From the NCBI GenBank assembly GCA_003250475.1, contig QKGI01000139.1, positions 26,974-90,973 of the forward strand: a DNA stretch of 64,000 nucleotides. The letters run 5' to 3'. This stretch comes from Bacteroidota bacterium. GTDB lineage: Bacteria > Bacteroidota > Bacteroidia > Bacteroidales > VadinHA17. Numbering within the stretch: position 1 is the stretch's first letter; each line of letters begins with the position of its first letter. The notes beneath the pieces are model-generated. The model was not told where the DNA came from, searched no databases, and was given only the letters and a program-made list of their open reading frames with translations. Below are positions 17,822 to 27,312 of this stretch, piece by piece. The translations under genes were made by a program, and so were the position numbers.

Positions 17822-19222
17822 TCACCGCATAGCGCCCTTGAAGAACCTGTTGAACCTGATCTTTTTCAATCCCTGGGCCTCCTTATCGATAGAGAGCCAC
17901 ACCACTACCGGCCGTCCCACTATATGATCCTCGGGCACAAAACCCCAGAATCTTGAATCTGCCGAGTCATGACGGTTATCTCCCATCATCCAGTAGTAAT
18001 CCATTTTAAAGGTATAGCTGTCAGCAGGCTCACCGTTGATATATATCAGGCTGTCAGCTATCACCAGATCATTCTCCTCGTAGATATCTATTATAGATGA
18101 GTAGAGGCTTATGTTGGTCATGTCAAGTTTCACCGTGGTCCCTTTTTTTGGTATCCACAGCGGTCCGAAGTTGTCTTCGTTCCACCTGTATTGCTGGTCA
18201 TGCGGGAATACGGCGGGTGAATATTCTCCTGGTCTCCTGTAATCAGCTTCAACACCTGTTACATTTGCAAATCCCGAAATAAGTTCAGCATTGCTCTTTG
18301 TCAGGGGCAGCCTGTAAACTGTTCCCGAGAGCATCAGTGACTGGTCTGACTTTGCCACACCCATCCTCTCGAATGCCTTGGGGTTTATCCTTGTTCCGTT
18401 TGTCCGGACGTAATAGGATGTCTGCTGTGTTGAATAGACCTCATTGGGCTGGCCATTGACAAACAGCTCGCCTCCCTTTATCAGGATACTGTCGCCCGGT
18501 ACGCCTACACACCTCTTGACATAGTTGTCACGCCTGTCTACAGGCCTGTAGATGACTGTATACTCATTCCATACCATCTCTCTTGCCAGGGCCTGGTACT
18601 CATCCTTGCTCCTCAGGGGCCGGTTTGCCCTTATATCGTCGGCAGTAAGCATCTCAACGCGCTCGCGTAAAATCTCATAATAGCTTACCGTCTGCATCTC
18701 AAGGCATACAGTATCTCCTGCAGGGAAGTTAAAGACCACTATGTCATTGTTCTTTACATGACCGAAACCGGGAAGTCTCTTGTACTTCCAGTGCACAAGG
18801 TTGGACCATGATTTTCCCCTGCCCCCGGTAAAGGGCATTGTATGCTGTGTGAAAGGAAAGGCAATCGGAGTATTCGGCATACGTGGTCCGTATGCTACCT
18901 TGCTTACTGCCAGATGGTCACCCACGAGGAGGGTCTTCTCCATGGAAGGTGTGGGGATGCGGTAATTCTGAAAAAGAAAGATGTTGATGAGCGTGACAGC
19001 TATTACTGCAAAAATGAGTGCATCGAGCCACTCTATCACTGTGCTGTTCTTGCCGTTACGTTTTTTCCAGAAAGCCCAGTTTACCTTCTTGCTGACATAG
19101 ATATCAAATACTATGGGCAATCCGAGCAACAGCCAGTAGTTACCTATCCATATGACCCACAGGATATATAGCACGGCTACTATTCCAAATTTGAAATATT
19201 TGCTATTCAATAGTTCTTTCAT
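17822..19222 (-). CDS. lepB: signal peptidase I
   Basis: Catalytic Ser box IPTPSMEKTL and the GDNRHDSADSRFWGFVPEDHIVG box. I prefer ATG 19222 over TTG 19243. Confidence 0.9.
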   Translation of the reverse strand: MKELLNSKYFKFGIVAVLYILWVIWIGNYWLLLGLPIVFDIYVSKKVNWAFWKKRNGKNSTVIEWLDALIFAVIAVTLINIFLFQNYRIPTPSMEKTLLVGDHLAVSKVAYGPRMPNTPIAFPFTQHTMPFTGGRGKSWSNLVHWKYKRLPGFGHVKNNDIVVFNFPAGDTVCLEMQTVSYYEILRERVEMLTADDIRANRPLRSKDEYQALAREMVWNEYTVIYRPVDRRDNYVKRCVGVPGDSILIKGGELFVNGQPNEVYSTQQTSYYVRTNGTRINPKAFERMGVAKSDQSLMLSGTVYRLPLTKSNAELISGFANVTGVEADYRRPGEYSPAVFPHDQQYRWNEDNFGPLWIPKKGTTVKLDMTNISLYSSIIDIYEENDLVIADSLIYINGEPADSYTFKMDYYWMMGDNRHDSADSRFWGFVPEDHIVGRPVVVWLSIDKEAQGLKKIRFNRFFKGAMR

Positions 19223-19248
19223 CTCTCTTGATTTTGGCTGCAAATCTA

Positions 19249-19974
19249 CTATAATAAATTTAAAACGTCTGCCATAGTATAAACTCCCTGGCGGGTTGCA
19301 ACATACTTCGCCGCCATCAGTGCCCCCTGTGCGAAGCCTTTCCGGTCGATGGCCTCATGTCTCAGCGAGATAATATCTGAAGCGGATCTCCAGGTGACAG
19401 TATGTATCCCGGGCACCATCCCCTCTCTCACTGATGTCACCGGTATCATCCCCTCCTCCTGTGGGTTCTCGTCCGCAATCCTCCAGCCTCTGTACCCATT
19501 GTGTATCCCGGTGATCTGTCCTGCAAGCATTACAGCTGTACCGCTTGGAGCATCAAGCTTGGCTGTATGATGCACCTCTTCTATCGCGGGGCTGTAACCG
19601 GGAACCTCTCTCATAATTCGTGCCAACTCATTGTTCAGTCTTGATAAAATATTGACCCCGATGCTGAAATTAGGTGAGTGCAGGAATGACCCCTCCCTTT
19701 CGAGGCAATACCGTACTACCTCGTCATATCTTGACAGCCAGCCTGTTGAGCCGGAGACGACTGGCACCCCAAAGGAAAGGGCCATAAGTATGGTGTCTGC
19801 TGCCGATGCCGGGCCGGTAAACTCCACGGCAACGTCACACATTGACGCTGTCTGGCTGTTAAAAGCACCCTGGCTGCCTATGTCTGTCCTGATGACTATC
19901 TCATGTCCATCAGCGGCGGCAACCTGTTCCAGCTCACGCCCCATATGACCATAGCCAAGTATGGCGATCTTCAT
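19249..19974 (-). CDS. dapB: 4-hydroxy-tetrahydrodipicolinate reductase
   Basis: MKIAILGYGHMG Rossmann N-terminus; EEVHHTAKLDAPSGTA DapB signature. Confidence 0.9.
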   Translation of the reverse strand: MKIAILGYGHMGRELEQVAAADGHEIVIRTDIGSQGAFNSQTASMCDVAVEFTGPASAADTILMALSFGVPVVSGSTGWLSRYDEVVRYCLEREGSFLHSPNFSIGVNILSRLNNELARIMREVPGYSPAIEEVHHTAKLDAPSGTAVMLAGQITGIHNGYRGWRIADENPQEEGMIPVTSVREGMVPGIHTVTWRSASDIISLRHEAIDRKGFAQGALMAAKYVATRQGVYTMADVLNLL

Positions 19975-21261
19975 CTATGCTACTGCTTCAAGTTGTATCT
20001 TGGCTGTCTTATCCAGGTCTCTGGCGTAATACCTTGAGGCAATATAAAAGAGTGTTGCCCCCAGGATCAGCATGAACGGCAGGAGAGCCATGGCTGTTTT
20101 AATATCGTACAGGTCGTACAGCTTTCCTATCACCAGGGGTGCAGTGGATGCTCCCAGGAGGTTCTGCACCACTACTGCCACCGCGTATGACATCGCCCTC
20201 ATGCCGGCATGAATGACATCCTGTGTCACGGCAGCGGCAGCCGGCACGAATGCAGTGACCGTCACCCCCATGAACAGGAAGAAGACATACTGAAGTGTCC
20301 CTTTTGTCAGCCAGAGGGCAATGAGAAGGAATAACGCCGCTAACAGCGAGGTAATGGTCGGGAAGAGCAGTCGCGCCCTGATATTTGATTTTCGCCATCT
20401 GTCGGTTATGATGCCTCCAAGCGGCGCCCCTACTATTGCCAGGACCATCACTGCGCTTGCCATCGAACCCGCCTTTTCAATGGGAAGGTCACGGGTGACA
20501 TGGAAATATGTCGACAACCATGTTATAAGGGAGGTAGTCACAAACACAACAGCGGCAAAGCCAAAGTAGGTGAATATAAGAGATGGCCTGGAAAGGAACT
20601 CCCTGGCCATATCCTTCTTTTTCATCTTCACCACAACATTATTACTGTCGGTGGTTGAGAGATCAACTGTCTTGTAATCCTTGACGAAGAAGAAAAGTAC
20701 TGCCACGATCATGCCCGGCAGTGCTACAATGCCGAAGGCATGTTTCCAGCCGAGGTTCGCTGCGATTATTCCGCCGAGAAGAACACCTATCGCTGTCCCG
20801 AGGGGAATTGAAGCATTCCACAGACCCATCATTTTCGATCTCTTGTCCTCCGGGTATAGACCCGAGATGACTGCGCTGCCACCGGGAGCATATCCGGCCT
20901 CACCAATACCTATCAGGGCTCTTGCCAGCACCAGTTGCACAAAATTGCCGGTAAGGGCACACAGCGCCGTTGCCAGACTCCAGAGAACAGCCATGATACC
21001 GATGGTCTTTGTCCGGTTCCAGCGATCTACAAGGATGGATATCGGAAAGGTAAGCAGTACGATAGCCCAGTAGACAGCCGAAACAAGCAGGCCGCTCTGG
21101 GTGTGTGTGATGCCGAGGTCCTGCTCGATGTGGACAAACATGGAGGTAACGACCATCCTGTCGATATAGTCGAACATGTAAAGCAGAAAGAGCAGGCTGA
21201 AAACATAGTTTGTGTAACCCTTTGAATAAAGATACCCTCGTGGAATGATCTTGTTTTTCAT
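19975..21261 (-). CDS. MFS transporter
   Basis: 12-TM profile with the MFS loop motif DRWNRTKT. Its stop abuts the dapB start. I prefer ATG 21261 (MKNKII). Confidence 0.8.
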   Translation of the reverse strand: MKNKIIPRGYLYSKGYTNYVFSLLFLLYMFDYIDRMVVTSMFVHIEQDLGITHTQSGLLVSAVYWAIVLLTFPISILVDRWNRTKTIGIMAVLWSLATALCALTGNFVQLVLARALIGIGEAGYAPGGSAVISGLYPEDKRSKMMGLWNASIPLGTAIGVLLGGIIAANLGWKHAFGIVALPGMIVAVLFFFVKDYKTVDLSTTDSNNVVVKMKKKDMAREFLSRPSLIFTYFGFAAVVFVTTSLITWLSTYFHVTRDLPIEKAGSMASAVMVLAIVGAPLGGIITDRWRKSNIRARLLFPTITSLLAALFLLIALWLTKGTLQYVFFLFMGVTVTAFVPAAAAVTQDVIHAGMRAMSYAVAVVVQNLLGASTAPLVIGKLYDLYDIKTAMALLPFMLILGATLFYIASRYYARDLDKTAKIQLEAVA

Positions 21262-21688
21262 AGTCTCAGTTTTGTTGGAGTTAATGTTCACAGGTAAACA
21301 GGGACCTAAAATAGCTCCTATTTCTTTATTTTGAACCAGATTTATTCAATTGATTTCCCTGAAATTTCAATGTTTGCGGATTCTCAGGCACAAGATGAAT
21401 TAAATCAGCGACATATGTTATGGCTCGCATGTCATGGCATGCAGAGAGAAATCGGACAAATCACTTAAACAGCGTCCACTGTCACGGTTAAAGTTATTGG
21501 CACCGGATTCATCTTGCCATTGGCTTCCTGCAGCCAGTGAAGATAGTTGACAGTATGCAGGTGTTGCATATATAAAGAACATAATCACCCTCCCAGCAGA
21601 GGCACAGGCATCTGCTGAGCTGATGATTATGCAATTCCCTGCCGTAGAAGATCCGGCAGACGAAAAGAAGCTTTAAAATGACAAACTG

Positions 21689-22021
21689 CTATTTTGTCTG
21701 GTCGTCTATGGTAGCACCAGGTGCATTTTTCTTTACCGATGCAATTCCATTCTCGCAACCGGCCTGAGATTCATACATCTCGCTGTTACCTATCACCTGG
21801 CCGTTGGAGGCCTTCAGGTTGAAATAGAATTTACCGTTTTTTGCAACCTTTGAATCAAAACTTTTTACATCAGCTGCATTTTTCATAACCGACTTTACAC
21901 CGTTCATGCATGATGGTTTTGAAGCATATCCTTCACTCGCAAGAATTACCTGGCCATTGCCGGCGAGAAGATTGAACTGAAACTCGCCATTTTTCCTCTT
22001 TGAGATAACAAATTTTCCCAT
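21689..22021 (-). CDS. YegP-family (DUF1508) tandem-repeat protein
   Basis: Two copies of the pattern G.F.F.L.A.NGQVI..SE.Y.S...C.NGI.SVK.NA. Start taken at MGKF. Confidence 0.75.
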   Translation of the reverse strand: MGKFVISKRKNGEFQFNLLAGNGQVILASEGYASKPSCMNGVKSVMKNAADVKSFDSKVAKNGKFYFNLKASNGQVIGNSEMYESQAGCENGIASVKKNAPGATIDDQTK

Positions 22022-22108
22022 GTTGCTAAATTTTAATGAAATTTGATTTTGATTTGTCTTTATCAAATATACAAAAAAACTGTGTTAGATTTACGAAACG
22101 GGAACAGG

Positions 22109-22792
22109 ATGAGGATAGATATAATAACAGCTCTTCCGGAGCTTTTGAAAAGTCCTTTTGATGAGTCGATCATCAAAAGAGCCAGGGCAAAGGGTATCGT
22201 CGAGATAAATGTCATTAACCTTCGTGACTATTCTACCGACAGGCACAGGAGTGTTGACGATTATCCCTTCGGTGGCGGCGCCGGGATGGTGATGATGGTT
22301 GAACCTGTATACAATTGCATTACTCATCTTACCTCGCAGCGCAAGTATGACGATATCATTTACACCTCTCCTGACGGTGTACCGTTCACGCAACCTGCAG
22401 CCAACGAGCTGTCTATGAAAGAGAACATCATCATCCTCGCCGGCCACTACAAGGGTATAGACCAGCGTATCAGGGACCACCTTATCACCCGTGAGATCTC
22501 CGTTGGCGATTATGTCCTCACCGGTGGTGAACTGCCTGCAGCTGTGATCACCGACGCCATTGTAAGGCTGTTACCCGGAGCCATTTCCGATGCGGAATCG
22601 GCCCTCTCGGACTCGTTCCAGGACAATCTTCTTGCCCCTCCGGTATATACGAGGCCTGCCGACTTCAGAGGCTGGAAGGTACCAGCGATTCTTACCGGGG
22701 GAAATACCCCGGAAATTGAAAAGTGGCGTTTTGAACAATCGGTCATCAATACCGAAAAGAAGCGCCCTGACCTGCTCCGGGAAGATTCCTGA
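22109..22792 (+). CDS. trmD: tRNA (guanine37-N1)-methyltransferase
   Basis: [11 protein letters not shown]..., [13 protein letters not shown] and [10 protein letters not shown] motifs. Confidence 0.9.
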   Translation: MRIDIITALPELLKSPFDESIIKRARAKGIVEINVINLRDYSTDRHRSVDDYPFGGGAGMVMMVEPVYNCITHLTSQRKYDDIIYTSPDGVPFTQPAANELSMKENIIILAGHYKGIDQRIRDHLITREISVGDYVLTGGELPAAVITDAIVRLLPGAISDAESALSDSFQDNLLAPPVYTRPADFRGWKVPAILTGGNTPEIEKWRFEQSVINTEKKRPDLLREDS

Positions 22793-22868
22793 TTCTTTCT
22801 TTTCTTTTTGTCGAAAAAGGTTTGTATTATTGCCTCCCTGCTTGAAAAGACTTAAATAAACATATGCT

Positions 22869-24080
22869 ATGAAACCTCATGATTACATCGAAAGAGAAGA
22901 GAAGTATGGTGCACACAACTATCACCCGCTGCCTGTCGTGCTTGACAGGGGTGAAGGTCCGTTTGTATGGGATGTGGAAGGAAAGAGGTATTATGATTTC
23001 CTCTCGGCCTACTCAGCCGTAAACCAGGGTCACTGCCATCCTAAGATCACAGCCGCTCTCATTGAACAGGCCGGGAAGCTTACCCTTACCTCAAGGGCTT
23101 TCTTCAACTCTGTTCTCGGTGAGTATGAGGAGTTCGTTACCAAGTACTTCGGTTATGACAAGGTTCTTCCGATGAACACCGGGGCTGAGGCTGATGAGAC
23201 AGCACTAAAGCTATGCCGTAAATGGGCATATCTCAAAAAGGGGATAAAGGAAAACCAGGCCAAGATCATCGTATGCGAAGGTAATTTCCATGGCCGTACC
23301 ATCACCATCGTTTCCATGTCAACGGACCCGGACGCCCGCAATGAGTACGGTCCTTTTACCCCTGGTTTCATCACCATTCCCTATAATGACTTACCGGCTC
23401 TTGAGAAAGCGCTGGCTGACCCTGACGTTGCCGGCTTCCTGGTTGAACCTATCCAGGGTGAGGCAGGTGTCTTCGTCCCGGATGAAGGATATATCCGAAA
23501 AGCGTATGATCTCTGCAAAAAGAATAATGTCCTCTTTATTGCCGACGAGGTACAGACGGGTATTGCACGAACAGGAAAACTTCTTGCCTGCGACCATGAA
23601 GGTGTAAGGCCTGACATTCTGATTCTTGGCAAAGCCCTTTCAGGTGGCGCGATGCCTGTTTCAGCAGTACTTGCCGATGACGGGATTATGCTTACCATCA
23701 AGCCAGGGGAGCACGGGTCTACTTTCGGCGGTAACCCGCTGGCCGGCAAGGTGGCAATAGCCGCCCTGGAGGTGATAAGAGACGAGAAACTGGCCGAGAA
23801 GGCTGAGAAGCTGGGCAAGATATTCCGCGATGAGATGAAGGCCCTGAAATCTGAAATGATAGAGCTGGTAAGGGGTAAAGGCCTCCTCAATGCCATCGTT
23901 ATAAGACCTAAAAACGGCAAAGAGGCGTGGGATGTATGCCTTAAGATGATGGAACTCGGACTACTCGCCAAACCTACCCACGATCATATCATCAGGTTCG
24001 CACCCCCGCTGGTCATCACTGAGGAACAGCTGCGTGATGCTATTGCACTGATCAAAGAAGCCATATTAAGCTTTGAGTAA
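22869..24080 (+). CDS. rocD: ornithine--oxo-acid aminotransferase (class III PLP aminotransferase)
   Basis: [12 protein letters not shown]...[22 protein letters not shown] and [10 protein letters not shown] (PLP lysine). Confidence 0.85.
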   Translation: MKPHDYIEREEKYGAHNYHPLPVVLDRGEGPFVWDVEGKRYYDFLSAYSAVNQGHCHPKITAALIEQAGKLTLTSRAFFNSVLGEYEEFVTKYFGYDKVLPMNTGAEADETALKLCRKWAYLKKGIKENQAKIIVCEGNFHGRTITIVSMSTDPDARNEYGPFTPGFITIPYNDLPALEKALADPDVAGFLVEPIQGEAGVFVPDEGYIRKAYDLCKKNNVLFIADEVQTGIARTGKLLACDHEGVRPDILILGKALSGGAMPVSAVLADDGIMLTIKPGEHGSTFGGNPLAGKVAIAALEVIRDEKLAEKAEKLGKIFRDEMKALKSEMIELVRGKGLLNAIVIRPKNGKEAWDVCLKMMELGLLAKPTHDHIIRFAPPLVITEEQLRDAIALIKEAILSFE

Positions 24081-24101
24081 GCAACAGCTTTCGTAACATA
24101 T

Positions 24102-24908
24102 ATGAAGAATTTCCTGTTCTGGACCATTGCCGTGGTGATAACGGTCGCTGCTGCCATCTATCAGAGAACAACAGGTCCCTCCTATCCCTACCGTACAACT
24201 TCTGTCATTGACGGAACAGAGTACTCATTACGCCTGAAAAGGAGTCAGACAAACACCCATCCCTGCCTCATAAAACTGGCTGTTTCACCGGAGATAACCG
24301 GAGAGCTGTTTTTCCGCAAATACAAGATGAACGGGGAGTGGTCAATGGTTGTGATGAAACATGACGGGGAGCATCTCGCCGGTGAACTCCCCTCCCAGCC
24401 TGCAGCGGGAAAGCTTGAATACTATGTTGTCCTGACGGATACCTCAGGCATACAGACAGCAATTATGCGCGATAACCCTGTAGTGATAAGGTTCAAGGGC
24501 AACGTCCCCGCTGTAATAATGATACCTCATATACTTATCATGTTCTTTGCCATGCTACTCTCCAACCTGGCAGGTATCACAGCCGCGTCAGGAAGCACCC
24601 TGCAGAGGAGATATGGCCGCTGGGCTCTCTGGCTCCTGCTGGCAGGAGGTATGGTTCTCGGACCGCTGGTCCAGAAATTTGCTTTCGGGCAGCTATGGAC
24701 AGGTATACCTTTCGGATGGGATCTTACTGACAATAAAACACTCATAGCGGTCATTGTATGGGTTTTTGCGGTGATAATGAACAGGAAGCGTGAACGTCCG
24801 GCATACACCATTGCTGCGGCAGTAATTCTGCTCCTTGTCTATTCAATCCCCCATAGCCTTTTCGGTTCTGAACTTGATTATGTATCCGGGACAGTAATCC
24901 AGGGTTGA
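24102..24908 (+). CDS. membrane protein of unknown function (N-terminal TM, beta-rich ectodomain, four C-terminal TM helices)
   Basis: Hydropathy pattern only; I recognise no family. Confidence 0.5.
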   Translation: MKNFLFWTIAVVITVAAAIYQRTTGPSYPYRTTSVIDGTEYSLRLKRSQTNTHPCLIKLAVSPEITGELFFRKYKMNGEWSMVVMKHDGEHLAGELPSQPAAGKLEYYVVLTDTSGIQTAIMRDNPVVIRFKGNVPAVIMIPHILIMFFAMLLSNLAGITAASGSTLQRRYGRWALWLLLAGGMVLGPLVQKFAFGQLWTGIPFGWDLTDNKTLIAVIVWVFAVIMNRKRERPAYTIAAAVILLLVYSIPHSLFGSELDYVSGTVIQG

Positions 24909-25041
24909 AAAAAATTTCATTCTCTTTAGGCTTTTTTTTACCTTGGATGCAGCATTAGCACATCATTCACGTCATTGAGATGAAGAGTTCAAATACGTGG
25001 GTGCAGCGTCAAACATACTTAAACCAGATCTTGTTGTAAAG

Positions 25042-25614
25042 ATGGAAAATGTTGAAGCAGCATTCAGGAACATCCACCAGGACCTGATCGACGGCTGTCG
25101 TTCGGGTGACCAGAAGGCTCAGTTCCAGGTTTACAAGCTCTACTATAAGGCGATGTTCAACACCAGCCTGCGTATTGTGAACGATGATATGGAAGCTGAA
25201 GATGTTATGCAGGAGGCGTTCCTCTCAGCTTTCGAGAAGATAAACACCTACTCGGGAACAGTCAGCTTCGGCGCATGGCTGAAGAAGATAGTGATCAACA
25301 GGTCACTCGACGCCCTGGGAAAAAGGAAAGCGATCTTTGAAGATATTGAGCATCACGTAGGTATCCGCGACGACAGTAATGAAGAGGCTGCCTATAAAGA
25401 GGACCTCGAGCTGAAGGTAGAGGAGGTGAAAGCCGCCATAGAAAGGCTGCCTGAGGGATACCGGGTGATCCTCTCTCTCTATCTCATCGAAGGTTATGAC
25501 CATGACGAGATAGCAGAGATGCTGAACATTTCCAGCAGTACTTCGCGCTCTCAACTGTCGAGAGCCAAGCAAAAGCTGGTAGGTGAACTTAAGAACAGAA
25601 AAATTTACGAATGA
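25042..25614 (+). CDS. ECF-type RNA polymerase sigma-70 factor
   Basis: Region 2 (DVMQEAFLSAF) and region 4 HTH (YDHDEIAEMLNISSSTSRSQLSRAK). I prefer ATG 25042 over GTG 24997. Confidence 0.85.
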   Translation: MENVEAAFRNIHQDLIDGCRSGDQKAQFQVYKLYYKAMFNTSLRIVNDDMEAEDVMQEAFLSAFEKINTYSGTVSFGAWLKKIVINRSLDALGKRKAIFEDIEHHVGIRDDSNEEAAYKEDLELKVEEVKAAIERLPEGYRVILSLYLIEGYDHDEIAEMLNISSSTSRSQLSRAKQKLVGELKNRKIYE

Positions 25615-26177
25615 TGAATACTATAGAGGAAATAATCAGGAAAGGAAGGAGTGAGTTTGACGACAGGGAACCGTCAGACGGACACTTTGAGAGGTTCAGC
25701 TTCAAGCTGTCCGTAAGGCTTCATGCAGGCGTAGCGAAACGCAGCATAATGCCCTACCTCCTGAAAGCTGCCGTGGTAACACTCCTGATAACACTATCGT
25801 CACTCTGGACATATGACCATTTTGTCAGACCCAGCCTGAAGAAGACGATGACACTCAGTGAAGTATCGCCGGAGTACCGCGAGGTGGAGAAGTATTACGT
25901 GAGGCAGGTTGGTTTTATTGAAAATGAGTTCTCATCACTGGATATATCAAACCCCGATCAGAAAGAGGCTCTGATGAAGGAACTCACATCGATGGACTCA
26001 GTCTATGTTGAACTGCAGAAAGAGCTCAGGGCCAATCCTGATGACCAGAGGATCATCGATGCCATGATAAAGCATTACCAGACCAAGTTAGATGTTATGA
26101 ACTACATTCTGGATCAGCTCAGACAGATAAAAGCAGAAACCGAAAATTCAGTCAGCCATGAAAAAGTCATTATTTAA
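25611..26177 (+). CDS. putative anti-sigma factor / single-pass membrane protein
   Basis: ATGA overlap with the sigma gene; one central TM helix. The call rests on position. Confidence 0.5.
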   Translation: MMNTIEEIIRKGRSEFDDREPSDGHFERFSFKLSVRLHAGVAKRSIMPYLLKAAVVTLLITLSSLWTYDHFVRPSLKKTMTLSEVSPEYREVEKYYVRQVGFIENEFSSLDISNPDQKEALMKELTSMDSVYVELQKELRANPDDQRIIDAMIKHYQTKLDVMNYILDQLRQIKAETENSVSHEKVII

Positions 26178-27240
26178 CCGTAGAGCGACACTCTTCGCAG
26201 TATTATTCTGCGCAGTCGCCCTGACAGCTTCAGCAGAGGAGGTCAAAAAAGAGTTTCACAGGGAGATGGTACCCATCGAAAACTCCACCCTTACCGTCAG
26301 CAATAAGTTCGGGTCAGTGGTAACGGAGACATGGGACAATGACAACATCGTTGTGGATGTGACGGTCAGGATCGAACACCCGTCAGCAGAGAAGGCAAGG
26401 AAACTCCTGGAAATGATCACCGTTGAATTCACCGAACAGGCAGGCAATCTTACCGCCGAGACCGTTTTCAGCAACGATTTTTCATCTATCAGCTGGAAAG
26501 GGTCAAACAACAGCTTCAGCATCAACTACAATATCAAGATGCCCGCCTATGTAAACCTCAACATAACCAACAAGTACGGCAACACAGTGGTTGACGAGGT
26601 CTCGGGACTCACTGTCTTAAACGTCAAGTACGGTGATCTCACCGTTAACAAGCTTACCAGGGGTAATGTTAAGCCGCTTAACTCACTGGTGGTCGCCTAT
26701 GGTAAAGCCAACGCTTATGACCTGGGATGGGCGGAGATCAATGCACGTTATGTCGGCATGTTTGGCGTCGACAAGGCCCAGGCACTGCTGGTCGACAGCA
26801 AGTACTCGAAGGTATCCGTGGGGCAGGTCAGTTCACTCGTGGCCGACAGCAAGTATGACGGGTACAAGGTAACAGCCGCAAATAATATCGTGATAGTAGG
26901 CGGATACACTGATTTCAGCCTGGGTAAAGTCACGAAGAAGCTGGATGTTGAAACAAAATACGGCAACCTGTCTGTTGAAAAGATACCTGCCGGCTTCGAG
27001 AAAGTGACGGTAAAGTCAGGCTATTGTGCTGTAAAGCTGGGCATTGATCCTGCTGCCTGCTTCACGATAGATGCCAATGTCTCCTATGGAAGCCTGAAGT
27101 ATGACAATGATAAGTTCTCACCTGAGAAGAGGATCATCGGTAACACATCGAGTGAGCTGTCGGGCAAGGTGGGTAGCTGCAGCAACCCGGGTTCCCAGGT
27201 TAAGGTGGATGCCTCCTACGGTTCAGTAAGGCTCAACTAA
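26158..27240 (+). CDS. DUF4097-like secreted beta-helix repeat protein (putative adhesin fold)
   Basis: Signal peptide; recurring KYG[ND]L.V / SYGS[LV] repeat motifs. It overlaps the anti-sigma gene by 20 nt. Confidence 0.6.
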   Translation: MKKSLFNRRATLFAVLFCAVALTASAEEVKKEFHREMVPIENSTLTVSNKFGSVVTETWDNDNIVVDVTVRIEHPSAEKARKLLEMITVEFTEQAGNLTAETVFSNDFSSISWKGSNNSFSINYNIKMPAYVNLNITNKYGNTVVDEVSGLTVLNVKYGDLTVNKLTRGNVKPLNSLVVAYGKANAYDLGWAEINARYVGMFGVDKAQALLVDSKYSKVSVGQVSSLVADSKYDGYKVTAANNIVIVGGYTDFSLGKVTKKLDVETKYGNLSVEKIPAGFEKVTVKSGYCAVKLGIDPAACFTIDANVSYGSLKYDNDKFSPEKRIIGNTSSELSGKVGSCSNPGSQVKVDASYGSVRLN

Positions 27241-27263
27241 GAATACAACGTTCATTTAATAAA

Positions 27264-27303
27264 CAGAAAAGCGGCGCCCCTTGAGAGGCGCCGCTTCTGT
27301 TTC
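27264..27303. terminator. GC-rich hairpin terminator between convergent genes
   Basis: AGCGGCGCC (27270-27278) pairs with GGCGCCGCT (27287-27295), followed by TCTGTTTCC. Confidence 0.6.
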
Positions 27304-27312
27304 CGGCTGCAT

